DNA of 64,000 nt. Origin: an uncultured delta proteobacterium (lineage in GTDB: Bacteria > Desulfobacterota > Syntrophia > Syntrophales > Smithellaceae). The notes under the pieces were generated by a model. That model worked only from the letters and a program-made list of their open reading frames with translations, ran no database searches and was not told the origin of the DNA. Both the position numbers and the translations under genes were made by a program. Location: contig CAWEZF010000002.1 in the NCBI GenBank assembly GCA_963813455.1, positions 185,312 to 249,311 of the forward strand, given 5' to 3'. This document shows, one piece after another, positions 7,858-18,208 of the stretch (the first letter of the stretch is position 1; each line of letters starts with the position of its first letter).

Positions 7858-9997
7858 TCATTTCTGCGTCACCACCCAGACGCCCTGCCAGTTTGCGGGC
7901 GGTTGGTCGATAAGCTCCGCGCATTTTTGGATGTAGGCTTTTGCTGCCGCGTCTTTTGCGGCAATTTCGGCAAAAAGAGTTTTTGCCTGTTCGAAAATCG
8001 CCCTGGTAAAATAATTTCAGGGCTTCGGCAAATTTATCTATAATATTTTGTTTTTCCGCGGTGATTTCTTCCGGCAACATTGGCTCATAAATAACGACAG
8101 GCTCTTTTCTTCCCACAACCTCAACACGCGAAATTTCCCGCGTAGGGAAAGCGCCCGCAATTTGCTCTTTGGTGGCCTGCGAGATCAAAGTATAAGTGCC
8201 GAACTGTTTGTTGATTCCTTCCAGGCGCGCGGCCAGATTTACCGCGTCGCCGATCATTGTGTAATCAAATCGCGACTTTGAACCCATATTGCCTACGACG
8301 GCCTGGCCGGTATTGATGCCGATGCGCATGTTCAGATTTTTGTTTAGCCTCTTATAAAATTCCGGCCGCATCTGCGCCAGTTTTGCCTGGCATTTGAGCG
8401 CGGCGCGCACACAGCGCGTGGCGTGATCCGGCTGTTCCAAAGGCGCGTTCCAGAAGGCGATAATCGCGTCGCCTTCGTATTTATCCACCGTGCCGCCTTC
8501 TTCATGGATAATATCCGTCATGGCGGAAAGATAAGTATTGAGCAGATTCGTGAGTTCTTCTGGATCGAGTCCTTCGGAAATACCGGTGAATCCTTCCAGA
8601 TCCGAGAAAAAAACAGAAAGCGGCTTTCTTTCACCGCCGAGCTTTAATCGCTCCGGATGCGCGATAAGTTCTTCGATAACGTCCGGGCTTAAGTATTGTT
8701 TAAAAGCATTTTTGATATAAGTTTTCTGCCGCCCTTCGGTTGTGTAATAAATCAGCCCCGCGCTCACCAGCGTTACCGCCACGGCTGTTTCCTGCACGAG
8801 CATCGGCAGCCAAAATCCCAGCCGGTAAGCGGCAAAACAAAGCGCCACCGGCAAAAGCAGAAAAACAACATAAACAAAAGCGCTGCGGGCAATACCTGCT
8901 GCCCAGGAAGAAAAAATTCCCGCCAAAAGCGCCAAAAGAAGAGTTAAGGCGATAGTGATGCCCAGGGGCGTAGATTTAATAAAATCTCCGGCCAGCAAAT
9001 TATCGAGCATGGTGGCAAAAACTTCCACGCCCGGATAAACGCCGGAAACAGGCGTAGGGCGCAGATCATACAAGCCGGGAGCGGAAAAACCGAAGAACAC
9101 AAACGCGTCTTTGAATTCCTCCGCATTGATAACGGGAGTTTCTCCTTCAGCCAGTAAAAGCGCGCTTTGGATGACGGCAGCGGCGGAATAGGACTTATGA
9201 GTGCCTGTCAAGCCGCGGAAATTTAAAATGGCCTGACCTTTATCATCGATGGGAATTGTTTTATCGCCGATGGTTAATTTACCCGGCGCAATGGACATTT
9301 TTGTTTGAGGATGAGAGGCAAGATAATTGGCCAGCCCCAGCGCGGGCATAACTTTACCGTCAAAAACTTCCAGAAGCGTTACACGGCGATAGACGCTATC
9401 GGCATCGGGGCGCATCTGCACGTTAGCCAGAATTTTTGCTGCCGCCGCTATTTTGGGAACAGGAAAAGAGGCGTGAGAGTAGCTTTGATAACCGGTTTTT
9501 GCTATCCATTCGTCCAGGCCGTTTATCTGAAAGGCGGGCGCGGGCGCGAAATCCGGCCAGCTTATTTGGCTGCCGGTATTTCTGCTTAAAAATACTGCGC
9601 TGACAACGGGCATCGCGCGCATGGCATCGGCCATTGCCTGATCATCTGATACGCCGTATTTGGAATGTTCTGTGTAGAGCACATCAAGAGCAATGGAGCG
9701 CGCGCCCGCGCGTTTGCAAAAATCAATCACCGCGCCGTAGACTTCGCGCGGCCAGGGCCAGGATAAGGCGTTTTCATCTTTACCCCAATCCAGCGAGCTT
9801 TGATCGAGCATGATGACACGGATTTTGTCTGTGGCATCCGATGGCTGGGCCATGGTGCTTACGCGCCAATCCCACGTTTTGGCTTCCCAGCGCGCGAGCC
9901 AGCCCGGCAGGAAAAAGGCCAGCGCGACGGCGGTACCGACTAGACCCGCCGCCATTCCCTGGAATAATTTATTTTCTTTTATTATTTTAAGAACCAT
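7858..9997 (-). CDS. CHASE2-sensor class III adenylate/guanylate cyclase (C-terminal tail frameshifted in this sequence)
   Basis: N-terminal TM, a large extracytoplasmic region and a TM cluster, then the cyclase domain (VFFSDLEGFTGISE, YEGDAIIAFWNAP, GINTGQAVVGNMGS..RFDYTMIGDAVNLAARLE). Removing one base near 7990-8000 restores ..GDFEQAKTLFAEIAAKDAAAKAYIQKCAELIDQPPANWQGVWVVTQK*, with TGA at 7858-7860. Confidence 0.85.
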
Positions 9998-10023
9998 TAT
10001 CTGATCCCGGCGCGTATAAAAAT

Positions 10024-10929
10024 TTACAGCAAATGACCAGCGGCCCTGATAAATCTATCTTTGCGGACGTTCGGTATCTGCGCTGTCTGCGCGCTTATGC
10101 CCAGTTCGGCAATCCGCGCCTGCGGAGATGGATGTGTTTTTGCGAAATCTGATCCCCCGGGTTTTATCTGCCTGCTCATTACCTGCAGCATATTCACCAG
10201 CGCGCCCGGCTGATAACCGGCGCGCCTTAAGATGGTGACTGCCGCGGCGTCGGCCTGATACTCATAGGTTCGGGAGTAACCGTTGTTAATCATCGTGGTG
10301 GTGATATCGGAAACCACATCGCCAAGGCTGTTCGACAATTTGATTAATTCCTCGTCACCGTATGTTCTGACTCCTTCCCTGGCCAAAACAGTTAATGCCT
10401 CCGCCATGCGCGCTTTTTGAATGGCTTTCATGCCGTGGCGCATCTGGATATGGCCGATTTCATGCGCCAGCACGGCGGCCAATTCGTCTTCCGTCCGGCA
10501 GCAGCGGATGAGGCCGCGGGTGATAAAAATATGCCCGCCGGGGGTGGCAAAGGCGTTGATATCATTGGAATCCAGCACCAGAAAATGATAACCGGCAAAT
10601 AACTCCGGCGTGTCCGAGGCCAGCGCCAGCGTTTGTCCCAACAGGTTCACGTAGGAATTTATTTTTGAATCATTGAGCGATTTGTATTTGGTCAGAACCA
10701 CCGCGCCGACGGAACGGCCGATGTAATATTCCTGCTCCGGCGTAAATTCTTCCAGGCTCCTGGTTACAGCTGTTGTGCCGGTGCGTATAGAGGTGGCCTG
10801 CTCTTTGGTAATGGTGCCTTTCTGAACGGCTATATCTGTGGCTACGGTTGTCGCTGTTTCCACCGCCGCGCAGCCGCAGAAAATTAACAAGGAGAGCAAT
10901 GATATTATTTGAAAAGTAAGTTTTTTCAT
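10024..10929 (-). CDS. M48-family zinc metallopeptidase lipoprotein
   Basis: Lipobox LLIFCGC, HEIGHIQMRH (HExxH), and downstream ..YEYQADAAAV... Confidence 0.85.
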   Translation of the reverse strand: MKKLTFQIISLLSLLIFCGCAAVETATTVATDIAVQKGTITKEQATSIRTGTTAVTRSLEEFTPEQEYYIGRSVGAVVLTKYKSLNDSKINSYVNLLGQTLALASDTPELFAGYHFLVLDSNDINAFATPGGHIFITRGLIRCCRTEDELAAVLAHEIGHIQMRHGMKAIQKARMAEALTVLAREGVRTYGDEELIKLSNSLGDVVSDITTTMINNGYSRTYEYQADAAAVTILRRAGYQPGALVNMLQVMSRQIKPGGSDFAKTHPSPQARIAELGISAQTAQIPNVRKDRFIRAAGHLL

Positions 10930-10931
10930 AT

Positions 10932-11423
10932 TCAGCCTCCCTCGTTACCCAGCGAAAGCCTTCCTTCGCTGACAAAATTTTCTATCTGTTCCGAGGTTAC
11001 GTCGAAGGTTTCCATGCGGTTAATCCAGGTGTAATCAAGATTTTTGTTGTTTGTGCGGTAGCGGTTTTCCACCTCCTTATTAAATCCTTTTCCCGCCAGA
11101 GCTATTTCATCCTGCCCGACGGTGCCGGTTTGTGAAGTCTTCCCGGCCGTTAAAACGATTCTCTTTGTGGTCAAAGAAGAAGCATGCACCCAGCCGCGGT
11201 AACTTCCGTAAGCTGCCCTTTTCCAGCCGCCGCGTTCCTCGAGAATGGTGACGCGCGCGCCGTAGGGAGCTCTGACCACAATCTTTCCCAGATGCGAGGG
11301 CGTAGCTCTCAGCTGCGTTTGCTTTACCTGCACGCTCATGGTTTTTTGTGTTTGCGCGGTCGCGCTCAAGCAAAGAAAACTCAGCGCCGCAAGGAAAACG
11401 ACCAGTGATATGTAGCGAGCCAT
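10932..11423 (-). CDS. secreted SH3b-domain protein
   Basis: ORF 10932..11447; ATG 11423 follows GGAGGT. Signal peptide MARYISLVVFLAALSFLCLSATA, then an SH3-like segment LRATPSHLGKIVVRAPYGARVTILEERGGWKRAAYGSYRGWVHASSL. Confidence 0.6.
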   Translation of the reverse strand: MARYISLVVFLAALSFLCLSATAQTQKTMSVQVKQTQLRATPSHLGKIVVRAPYGARVTILEERGGWKRAAYGSYRGWVHASSLTTKRIVLTAGKTSQTGTVGQDEIALAGKGFNKEVENRYRTNNKNLDYTWINRMETFDVTSEQIENFVSEGRLSLGNEGG

Positions 11424-11607
11424 TTTTACCTCCTTTATTACGATCAAAGTTAGGCGAGTATTTTCGCCTGATTAAGAAACAAGATATGAATATATTTTGT
11501 GGCTTAAAGCTAGCATATTTGCGCCTTTATTTAAAGATTAATGGTTGAAAATTTAGGCCAATAACATTAGATATATTGAAATTGCGGCCCAAGGGTGAAA
11601 GATTATC

Positions 11608-12748
11608 ATGATTTCCAAACGCGCGGATAAATTTACTTCTTTTATCGTCATGGATGTAATGGCCAAGGCCGAGGAGCTGGAGCGCCGCGGAGAAAATGTC
11701 ATTCATCTGGAGGTGGGCGAGCCGGATTTTCCCACGCCAAAGATCATCACGCAGGCGGCCATTGACGCGCTGCAAAATAACAAGACCCGCTACACGCACG
11801 CTTTGGGGCTTCTGGAGCTGCGGCAGGCGATTTGCGATTTTTATTTATAACGAATATGGCGTGAAAATTACGCCGGAGCAGGTGCTGGTTTCCACCGGAA
11901 CTTCCCCGGCGCTTTTGTTCGCGATGCTGGCGATTCTGGATAAAGGCGATGAAGTGATCGTCTCCAACCCGCGCTATCCCTGCTATCAGAATTTTATCCT
12001 GGCGGCGGGCGGCAAGCTCAAGGAAATAAAAACCCGCCCGGAAGAAGGATTTCAGTATCGACCAAACGAAATTAAAAAGAAAATTTCGCCGCGCACGAAG
12101 GCGATTTTTATCAATTCGCCCTCGAATCCCACGGGCATTGTCATGAGTAGCCAGCAGCTGCAAAATATCGCGCAATTTAAAAAACAATACATTGTTTCCG
12201 ACGAAATTTATCACGGCCTGGTTTACAAAGATCGCGCGCATTCCATCCTGGAATTCACCGACCGCGCTTTTGTGATTAACGGCTTTTCCAAGTTATACGC
12301 GATGACCGGCTGGCGGCTGGGCTACTGCATTTTTCCCAAGGAGTTTTCCAAAGTGATGCAGCGGATTCATCAGAACTTTATGATTTCCGCCAGCGGCTTT
12401 ATCCAGTGGGCGGGGATTGCCGCGCTCACACAGGCGCAAAAGGACGTGGCGGAAATGGTGAAAATTTATGATGAGCGCCGCCGCTATATGCTGAAACGCC
12501 TGCGGGAAATGGGGTTTGTCATTCATGTGGAGCCCACCGGCGCGTTTTATGTTTTTGCCGACGCGCGCCGGTTCTGCAAAGATTCCTATAAAGAAGCTTT
12601 CCGGATTACCGAAGAGGCGAAAGTGGGCGTTACCCCGGGCATCGATTTCGGCAGTGGCGGTGAAGGATTCCTGCGCTTTTCCTACGCCAATTCTCTGGAA
12701 AACATCAAAGAAGGGTTGGATCGTCTGGAGAGGTATTTGGGCAGATAG
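11608..12748 (+). CDS. class I/II pyridoxal-phosphate aminotransferase (aspartate aminotransferase-like), one frameshift in this sequence
   Basis: ORFs 11608..11850 and 11696..12748 join as ..RQAICDFY(x)NEYGVKITPEQVLVSTG... The SKLYAMTGWRLGY lysine motif is present. There is an extra base in the T-rich stretch 11838-11848. Confidence 0.8.
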
Positions 12749-12861
12749 TTTTAATGGTTTTATTTGTTAATCGCCAATAGTTACCGAAAACACACCAATT
12801 AAAATAGCTTATAAATACAAACAGTTAAGGCTATGCAAGACAAAAAAACGGCATTTTTTGG

Positions 12862-12890
12862 TTGACGACACAGGCTTAATCCGCTATAAA
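12862..12890 (+). promoter_or_regulatory. candidate sigma70-type promoter
   Basis: TTGACG (12862-12867), a 17-nt spacer, then TATAAA (12885-12890). It lies about 265 nt upstream of the SLT-domain ORF. Confidence 0.4.
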
Positions 12891-13154
12891 GTCAATATTA
12901 ATAAAAAGGATGCATTTTAAAAAGATTTATTTACGGAGAAAGCCATAGGTTAACACCAACAATTAAATAGCAGCTGAAGCACCGCAGCTTTAAACGAGCG
13001 GCATTTGTTTTCGGTTTCAGCTCACTTTGCAAAACAATCAACACTCACCTGTAAATTTCCTTCAAATTACCCTCGATCTTAAAGTCAGTTGTAAATTTAT
13101 GTTCAACGGCAAAAGCTGGTGTGTGTATCAATGTAAATGAAAGAGAGTTGAGAA

Positions 13155-13922
13155 GTGGAATTAAAATCAATTAAAAGAAAAAAGAAAATAACGAGCAGTG
13201 CCTCGGTATTGATCGCGCAAAAGCTCAAAGAAATCGAACGCGAAGAAAAAAAGCGCGCAAAAACAATTACCGGTGGTAATCTTTTCAACAGAATTATCGC
13301 GTGTGCGGTTATTGCGGGCACAATAATGGGCACATATATTTATGTCGAAAGGCAGGCTCAGGCCGCGCTTAACGGACAAAGCCTGTCGCGCGTAACGATG
13401 ATTTACGAACTTTACAACAGCGCGATTTTTGTTGATAAGAAGAAAGTAATTGCCGATGTACTTTTAAATAGGGGCGTCGAAGAAAATCTGTCGCTGCAAA
13501 TTGCCCAAACAGTGGTCGAAGAGTCAAGAAAAACAAATATCCCCATGCAGATGTATCTGGCAATTATGAAGACGGAAAGCACGTTTCGCCCCACTGTTGT
13601 GTCCAGTGCTTACGCCAGGGGAATTATGCAGATTCAGCCGGGCACTTGGGATGCCTATGTCGAAAAGCATAATCTTTCGGTTACCAGAGAACACATGTTT
13701 GAGCCGCAGTCCAATATCATGGTCGCGTCGGTTATCCTAAAAGAGCTGTATGATAATTACACTGCCTTGGGTTATGAGGAGCCGGATGTGTGGCATTATG
13801 TGCTGGCGGCATATTTCGCGGGGCCGGCATCGCTTAAAAACGGTATCAAGAGCTATCACTGGCGCTACATTGATAAGGTAAAAAAGCACTACAATGATTT
13901 TGAAGCGCAGATAACAGCTTAA
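13155..13922 (+). CDS. membrane-anchored lytic transglycosylase (SLT domain)
   Basis: 255-aa ORF with a GTG start. It has an N-terminal TM (IIACAVIAGTIMGTYIYV) and the catalytic-region motif MKTESTFRP..ARGIMQIQPGTW. Confidence 0.75.
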   Translation: MELKSIKRKKKITSSASVLIAQKLKEIEREEKKRAKTITGGNLFNRIIACAVIAGTIMGTYIYVERQAQAALNGQSLSRVTMIYELYNSAIFVDKKKVIADVLLNRGVEENLSLQIAQTVVEESRKTNIPMQMYLAIMKTESTFRPTVVSSAYARGIMQIQPGTWDAYVEKHNLSVTREHMFEPQSNIMVASVILKELYDNYTALGYEEPDVWHYVLAAYFAGPASLKNGIKSYHWRYIDKVKKHYNDFEAQITA

Positions 13923-13929
13923 CCAGGAA

Positions 13930-15798
13930 TCAATGCGCCATTTCCCTTTTCTTCATCATAATCAGCACGGCTGATATCGCGCCTTCGGTAATGCCGGGGA
14001 TGCGCTCCATCTGGCCGATGGTGGCTGGCGCTATTCTGGCAAGTTTTGTTTTCAGTTCGTTGGAAAGACCGGGAATGGAACTATAATCAAAATCCGGCGG
14101 GATTTTCTTTTTTTCCTGCTCCTTCAGTTTTTTGACCGATTCGATCTGGCGCTTGATGTATCCTTCGTATTTGGTTTCTATTTCAATCTGCTTTTTGACA
14201 AAGGGATCAACTTGCTGCTGCCAGCCGGCAAATACGGCGAGATTGTCATAAGATAATTCATGTCTTTTCAAAAGGCCATAAAGCGTGGTGGCGTTATTTA
14301 AAGGCGGCGAATTTAGTTTTGCCAATTGCTCGTTTATTTCCGGCAAAGGTTTTACGCTGACTGTTTTCAGTTGCGAGATGCCTTTTTCTATTTTTTTTAT
14401 TTTTTCCTGCATTTCTGCATAATGCTCGCGCGCGACAAGCCCCAACTCGCAACCTTTGCCCAACAAACGAATAACAGCATTATCTTCCCGCAGAATCAAC
14501 CGGTATTCGGCGCGCGAGGTGAACATTCGATAAGGTTCATCCACGCCGCGCGTGACTAGATCATCAATCATCACGGCCATGTAGGCCTCGGAGCGATCCA
14601 GAATAAAAGGCGGGGCTTTTTGCACGGCGCGCGCGGCATTTATTCCCGCCCATAGGCCTTGCGCGGCGGCTTCTTCGTAGCCGGATGTTCCGTTAATCTG
14701 CCCGGCCAGATACAAACCGGCGATGAGTTTTGTCTCCAGAGTAAGAGTTAACTGATTAGGCTGAACGAAATCATATTCAATCGCGTAAGCGGGTCGCATA
14801 ATTTCCGCCTGCTCCAAACCTTTGACGCTGTGGACAATCTGATACTGCAATTCCAGCGGCAGGCAGTTGCCTAGGCCTTTGGCGTAAACTTCCTGCGTAT
14901 CGAGCCCTTCGTGCTCCAATACAACCGGATGGCTTTCGCGCTCGCCGAAACGCATGACTTTGTCTTCCAGCGAAGGACAGTAACGCGCGCCCACGCCTTG
15001 AATCACGCCGGAATAAAGAGGAGAGTGATGAATATTTTCCTGAATCAAGCGATGCGTCTGGACTGATGTGCTAGCAAAATAAGAAGGCAATCTTTCAGTG
15101 CGCAGCTGCTTGGTGGTAAAGGAAAAAGGCTGGGGATGCGGATCGCTGTCCTGGCGCTCCAAAACGGAAAAGTCAATGGACGAGGCCTTGAGCCGGGGCG
15201 GCGTTCCGGTTTTCATTCTGCCCATTTCAAAGCCAAGTTCTTTTAAATGATTGGCTAGCCCTACCGAAGCCAGCTCGCCGGCGCGGCCCGAAGGAGTCTG
15301 CGCTGTGCCGATGTGCACCAGTCCGTTTAAAAAAGTGCCGGTGGTGATGATAACTTTTTGTGCGCTATAGAAATAACCGCTCTGGTCAAGCACGCCTATG
15401 GCCGTGCCTTCCTCAATGACCAGTTTTTCCACCATCGCCTGGCGGATAAAAAGATTTTTCTGATTTTCCACAACGGATTTCATGGCCAGGCGGTAAAGCT
15501 GCTTATCACACTGCATTCGGGAGGACTGCACCGCCGGACCTTTGGAGGCGTTAAGCAGGCGGAAATGAGTTGCGGTTTTATCAGTGATTTTGCCCATCTC
15601 ACCGCCCAGCGCGTCGATTTCCTTGACCAGCTGCCCCTTGGCCAAACCCCCGATTGCCGGATTGCAGGACATGAGCGCAATGGAATCCAGATTGATGTTG
15701 AAAAGGAGTGTTTTGCACCCCATGCGCGCGGCCGCCAGCGCCGCCTCGCATCCCGCGTGCCCGCCGCCAACAACGATTATGTCGTAGTTATCCGCCAA
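13930..15798 (-). CDS. mnmG: tRNA uridine-5-carboxymethylaminomethyl(34) synthesis enzyme MnmG (GidA)
   Basis: 622-aa ORF with FAD motif DIIVVGGGHAGCEAA and full-length collinearity with MnmG. Confidence 0.95.
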   Translation of the reverse strand: MADNYDIIVVGGGHAGCEAALAAARMGCKTLLFNINLDSIALMSCNPAIGGLAKGQLVKEIDALGGEMGKITDKTATHFRLLNASKGPAVQSSRMQCDKQLYRLAMKSVVENQKNLFIRQAMVEKLVIEEGTAIGVLDQSGYFYSAQKVIITTGTFLNGLVHIGTAQTPSGRAGELASVGLANHLKELGFEMGRMKTGTPPRLKASSIDFSVLERQDSDPHPQPFSFTTKQLRTERLPSYFASTSVQTHRLIQENIHHSPLYSGVIQGVGARYCPSLEDKVMRFGERESHPVVLEHEGLDTQEVYAKGLGNCLPLELQYQIVHSVKGLEQAEIMRPAYAIEYDFVQPNQLTLTLETKLIAGLYLAGQINGTSGYEEAAAQGLWAGINAARAVQKAPPFILDRSEAYMAVMIDDLVTRGVDEPYRMFTSRAEYRLILREDNAVIRLLGKGCELGLVAREHYAEMQEKIKKIEKGISQLKTVSVKPLPEINEQLAKLNSPPLNNATTLYGLLKRHELSYDNLAVFAGWQQQVDPFVKKQIEIETKYEGYIKRQIESVKKLKEQEKKKIPPDFDYSSIPGLSNELKTKLARIAPATIGQMERIPGITEGAISAVLIMMKKREMAH

Positions 15799-15872
15799 TT
15801 TATACTCCTTAAACCGGCTGCTTGCACTTGAATGAAATCAATAGTAGAAGCCGATAATATCTCAACTATTCT

Positions 15873-15954
15873 GTCATGCCGGACTAGATCCGGCATCCAG
15901 TAACTTGCAAATATTTTCTGGATTCCGTGTCGCGCTACGCTTGCACGGAATGAC
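15873..15954. repeat. REP-like composite palindromic element
   Basis: GTCATGCCGGA-ctaga-TCCGGCATCCAG, an 18-nt spacer, then CTGGATTCCGTG-14 nt-CACGGAATGAC. It has two 8-bp hairpins plus nested outer complementarity (GTCAT/ATGAC, ATCCAG/CTGGAT). It lies in the mnmG / radical-SAM intergenic region. Confidence 0.6.
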
Positions 15955-16016
15955 GAAAGGTGTAATAAACTTTTTACGGCAAGAGTCGTAAAAAAACAAC
16001 AGAAAAGAAGGCGGGT

Positions 16017-16950
16017 ATGCCCAAGCCGGAATTTTGGAAAAATAATAAAAGATATTACGACCTCAAAAGTTACTGGCGCAATCTGTTCGGCTGCAACGTG
16101 CACAAACTGCAGATTGACGCGGGTTTTACCTGCCCCAACCGCGACGGCCATATAGCCACGGGCGGCTGTATCTATTGCGACGGGCGCGGCTCAAAACTGC
16201 GCCAGAAGGGTGAACTGCCTTCGGTTGCCCAGCAGATTCAAAGCGGCAAAAAATTCTATAAGCCGCATGCCTCGAAATATGTCGCTTATTTTCAGACTTT
16301 CACCAACACCTACGCGCCGGTGGAAAAATTAAAAACCCTTTATGATGAAGCATTGGCGCAGGAAGATATTATTGGTCTTTCCATCGGCACGCGTCCCGAT
16401 TGCGTTAGGCCCTGATGTAATTAATTTACTCAGCAATTACGCCAAAAAATATCATGTCTGGCTGGAGCTGGGTCTGCAAAGCATGCATGATAAAATACTG
16501 CAATTTATCAATCGTGGGCATAACTTTCAGCAGTTTCTTGACGCGGTGCATACCTGTTCCGGACACAACATAAATCTTTGCGCGCATATTATTGTCGGTT
16601 TGCCGGGCGAGACGGACGAAGAAATATTGCAGACGGCAAAGGTCCTTGCCACGTTGCCGATCAACGGCATTAAAATTCATTCCCTACTGGCGCTGGAAGG
16701 CACTGACCTGGGCGAAATGTACAAAAATGGATCAATTGAAATCATGTCTAAGGACAAATATGTTTCACTGGTGGCGGATATTCTGGAAATTTTACCTGCG
16801 GAGATGGTAATACAGCGCCTCACCGCAGATGGTTACCGTGACATATTTCTCGCTCCTGACTGGGCGATGAATAAATTGGACGTATTAAATTCGATTAGTA
16901 CAGAACTGGAACGGCGCCATAGTTATCAGGGCAAACATTTTGTAAAATAA
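16017..16950 (+). CDS. TIGR01212-family radical SAM protein, one frameshift in this sequence
   Basis: ORFs 16017..16415 and 16342..16950 join as ..GLSIGTRPDC(V)GPDVINLLSNYAKK... Cys cluster CPNRDG..GGCIYC. There is an extra base near 16404-16412. Confidence 0.8.
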
Positions 16951-17013
16951 ATATTGCCAGCCGCGCATAAAAATTGCTACATACCGGGCGGGTTTGGCGG
17001 AAAATTTTAAGAT

Positions 17014-17565
17014 ATGTTTATTGGCACAAAAAAGAATCAGGAAAAAATTGAGGAAATCCGCACGGCGTCGGAGGTGCTGCGGATAAATGCTCAACACGTA
17101 AGAGGAGAAGGGGCGCTCAAGCTCTTCCTGCTTTTATTTGTCGCGCTTTTGTTTGTTTATCACGAGGACTTAATCGGCATGCTCAAAGGGAAAACAACAC
17201 AGCAGCAAATTGTTCTGGGCGGAATGATTTTATTTTTTCTGGCGGCGCTGGTTTTTACGCTTTACATGATGAAACGGAGGAAGGGAAAAACACTTGTCGT
17301 GACGGAGAAGGGCCTGTTTGTGGAGTCGTCCCTTGCCCAGCTATGGCAGGATATTGATGAATACAGATGGCATGTCTCTCCAGATTTAAATAATTTTTTA
17401 TTTTCCGGACAGAAACAAGGCGCCACCCTGCTTTTAGTGAAGAATAAAGGCGTGTGGCCCAAAATTTATGATCTCGCGCCGCTCGGGATTTTCTTTTTGC
17501 CGCAGCAGATAAAGCAGGTGGATGATTTATGCCGGCGCCTGGGAATTAAAATAGCGGAAAGATAA
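17014..17565 (+). CDS. hypothetical membrane protein
   Basis: 183-aa ORF with two predicted TM helices followed by a soluble C-terminal domain. No family recognised. Confidence 0.5.
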   Translation: MFIGTKKNQEKIEEIRTASEVLRINAQHVRGEGALKLFLLLFVALLFVYHEDLIGMLKGKTTQQQIVLGGMILFFLAALVFTLYMMKRRKGKTLVVTEKGLFVESSLAQLWQDIDEYRWHVSPDLNNFLFSGQKQGATLLLVKNKGVWPKIYDLAPLGIFFLPQQIKQVDDLCRRLGIKIAER

Positions 17566-17580
17566 GGGTATTTTGATTAT

Positions 17581-18208
17581 ATGATTGCGATCATCGACTA
17601 TAACGCCGGAAACATCACCAGTGTCGCGCGGGCGCTGGAAAATATCGGCCAGAAGTATGTCATCACGGATGACGAAGAAAAGCTCGCGGCGGCTACGCAT
17701 GTTATTTTTCCCGGTGTCGGCGCGGCAGGTGAGGCCATGGCTTATTTGCGCCAGAAAAAACTTGGATAACGCGCTTACCAGTTGCTTTGCTTCCGGCAAA
17801 CCGGTTATGGGAATCTGCTTGGGCACACAGATAATTTTAGAGCATAGCGAGGAAGATGATTCAGACTGCATCGGGTTGGTGGAAGGTTTTACCCGGCGTT
17901 TTCCGGAAAAATTATCTTCCGGTGGCCAAACCTTAAAAATTCCGCACATGGGATGGAACAGCGTTAGCTTTAAACGGGAACATCCTGTTTTTGCCAAAAT
18001 CACCCCGGAGGCGGAATTTTATTTCGTGCATTCCTATTACCCCGCGCCTGCCGATGAGGCGGTTGTGCTCGGCACAACGGACTACGGAATTGATTTTTGT
18101 TCCGTTTTGGCCAAAGACAATCTGGTGGCTACGCAGTTTCATCCGGAAAAAAGCGGCGGGCCTGGCCTGCAAATTCTGAAAAATTTCTGCGCGTGGAGGG
18201 GAAAATGA
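17581..18208 (+). CDS. hisH: imidazole glycerol phosphate synthase, glutamine amidotransferase subunit HisH, one frameshift in this sequence
   Basis: ORFs 17581..17769 and 17585..18208 join as [15 protein letters not shown](K/N)[30 protein letters not shown]. The indel is at or next to the A-run 17755-17765. Confidence 0.85.

Noticed and set aside
7858-9997. The idea that the cyclase next to the island is a CBASS/Pycsar-type defence cyclase
   Set aside because: It has the standard membrane CHASE2-sensor plus class III cyclase architecture of signalling enzymes. No adjacent cNMP-sensing effector is present, its composition is host-like, and it is convergent to the island rather than part of it.
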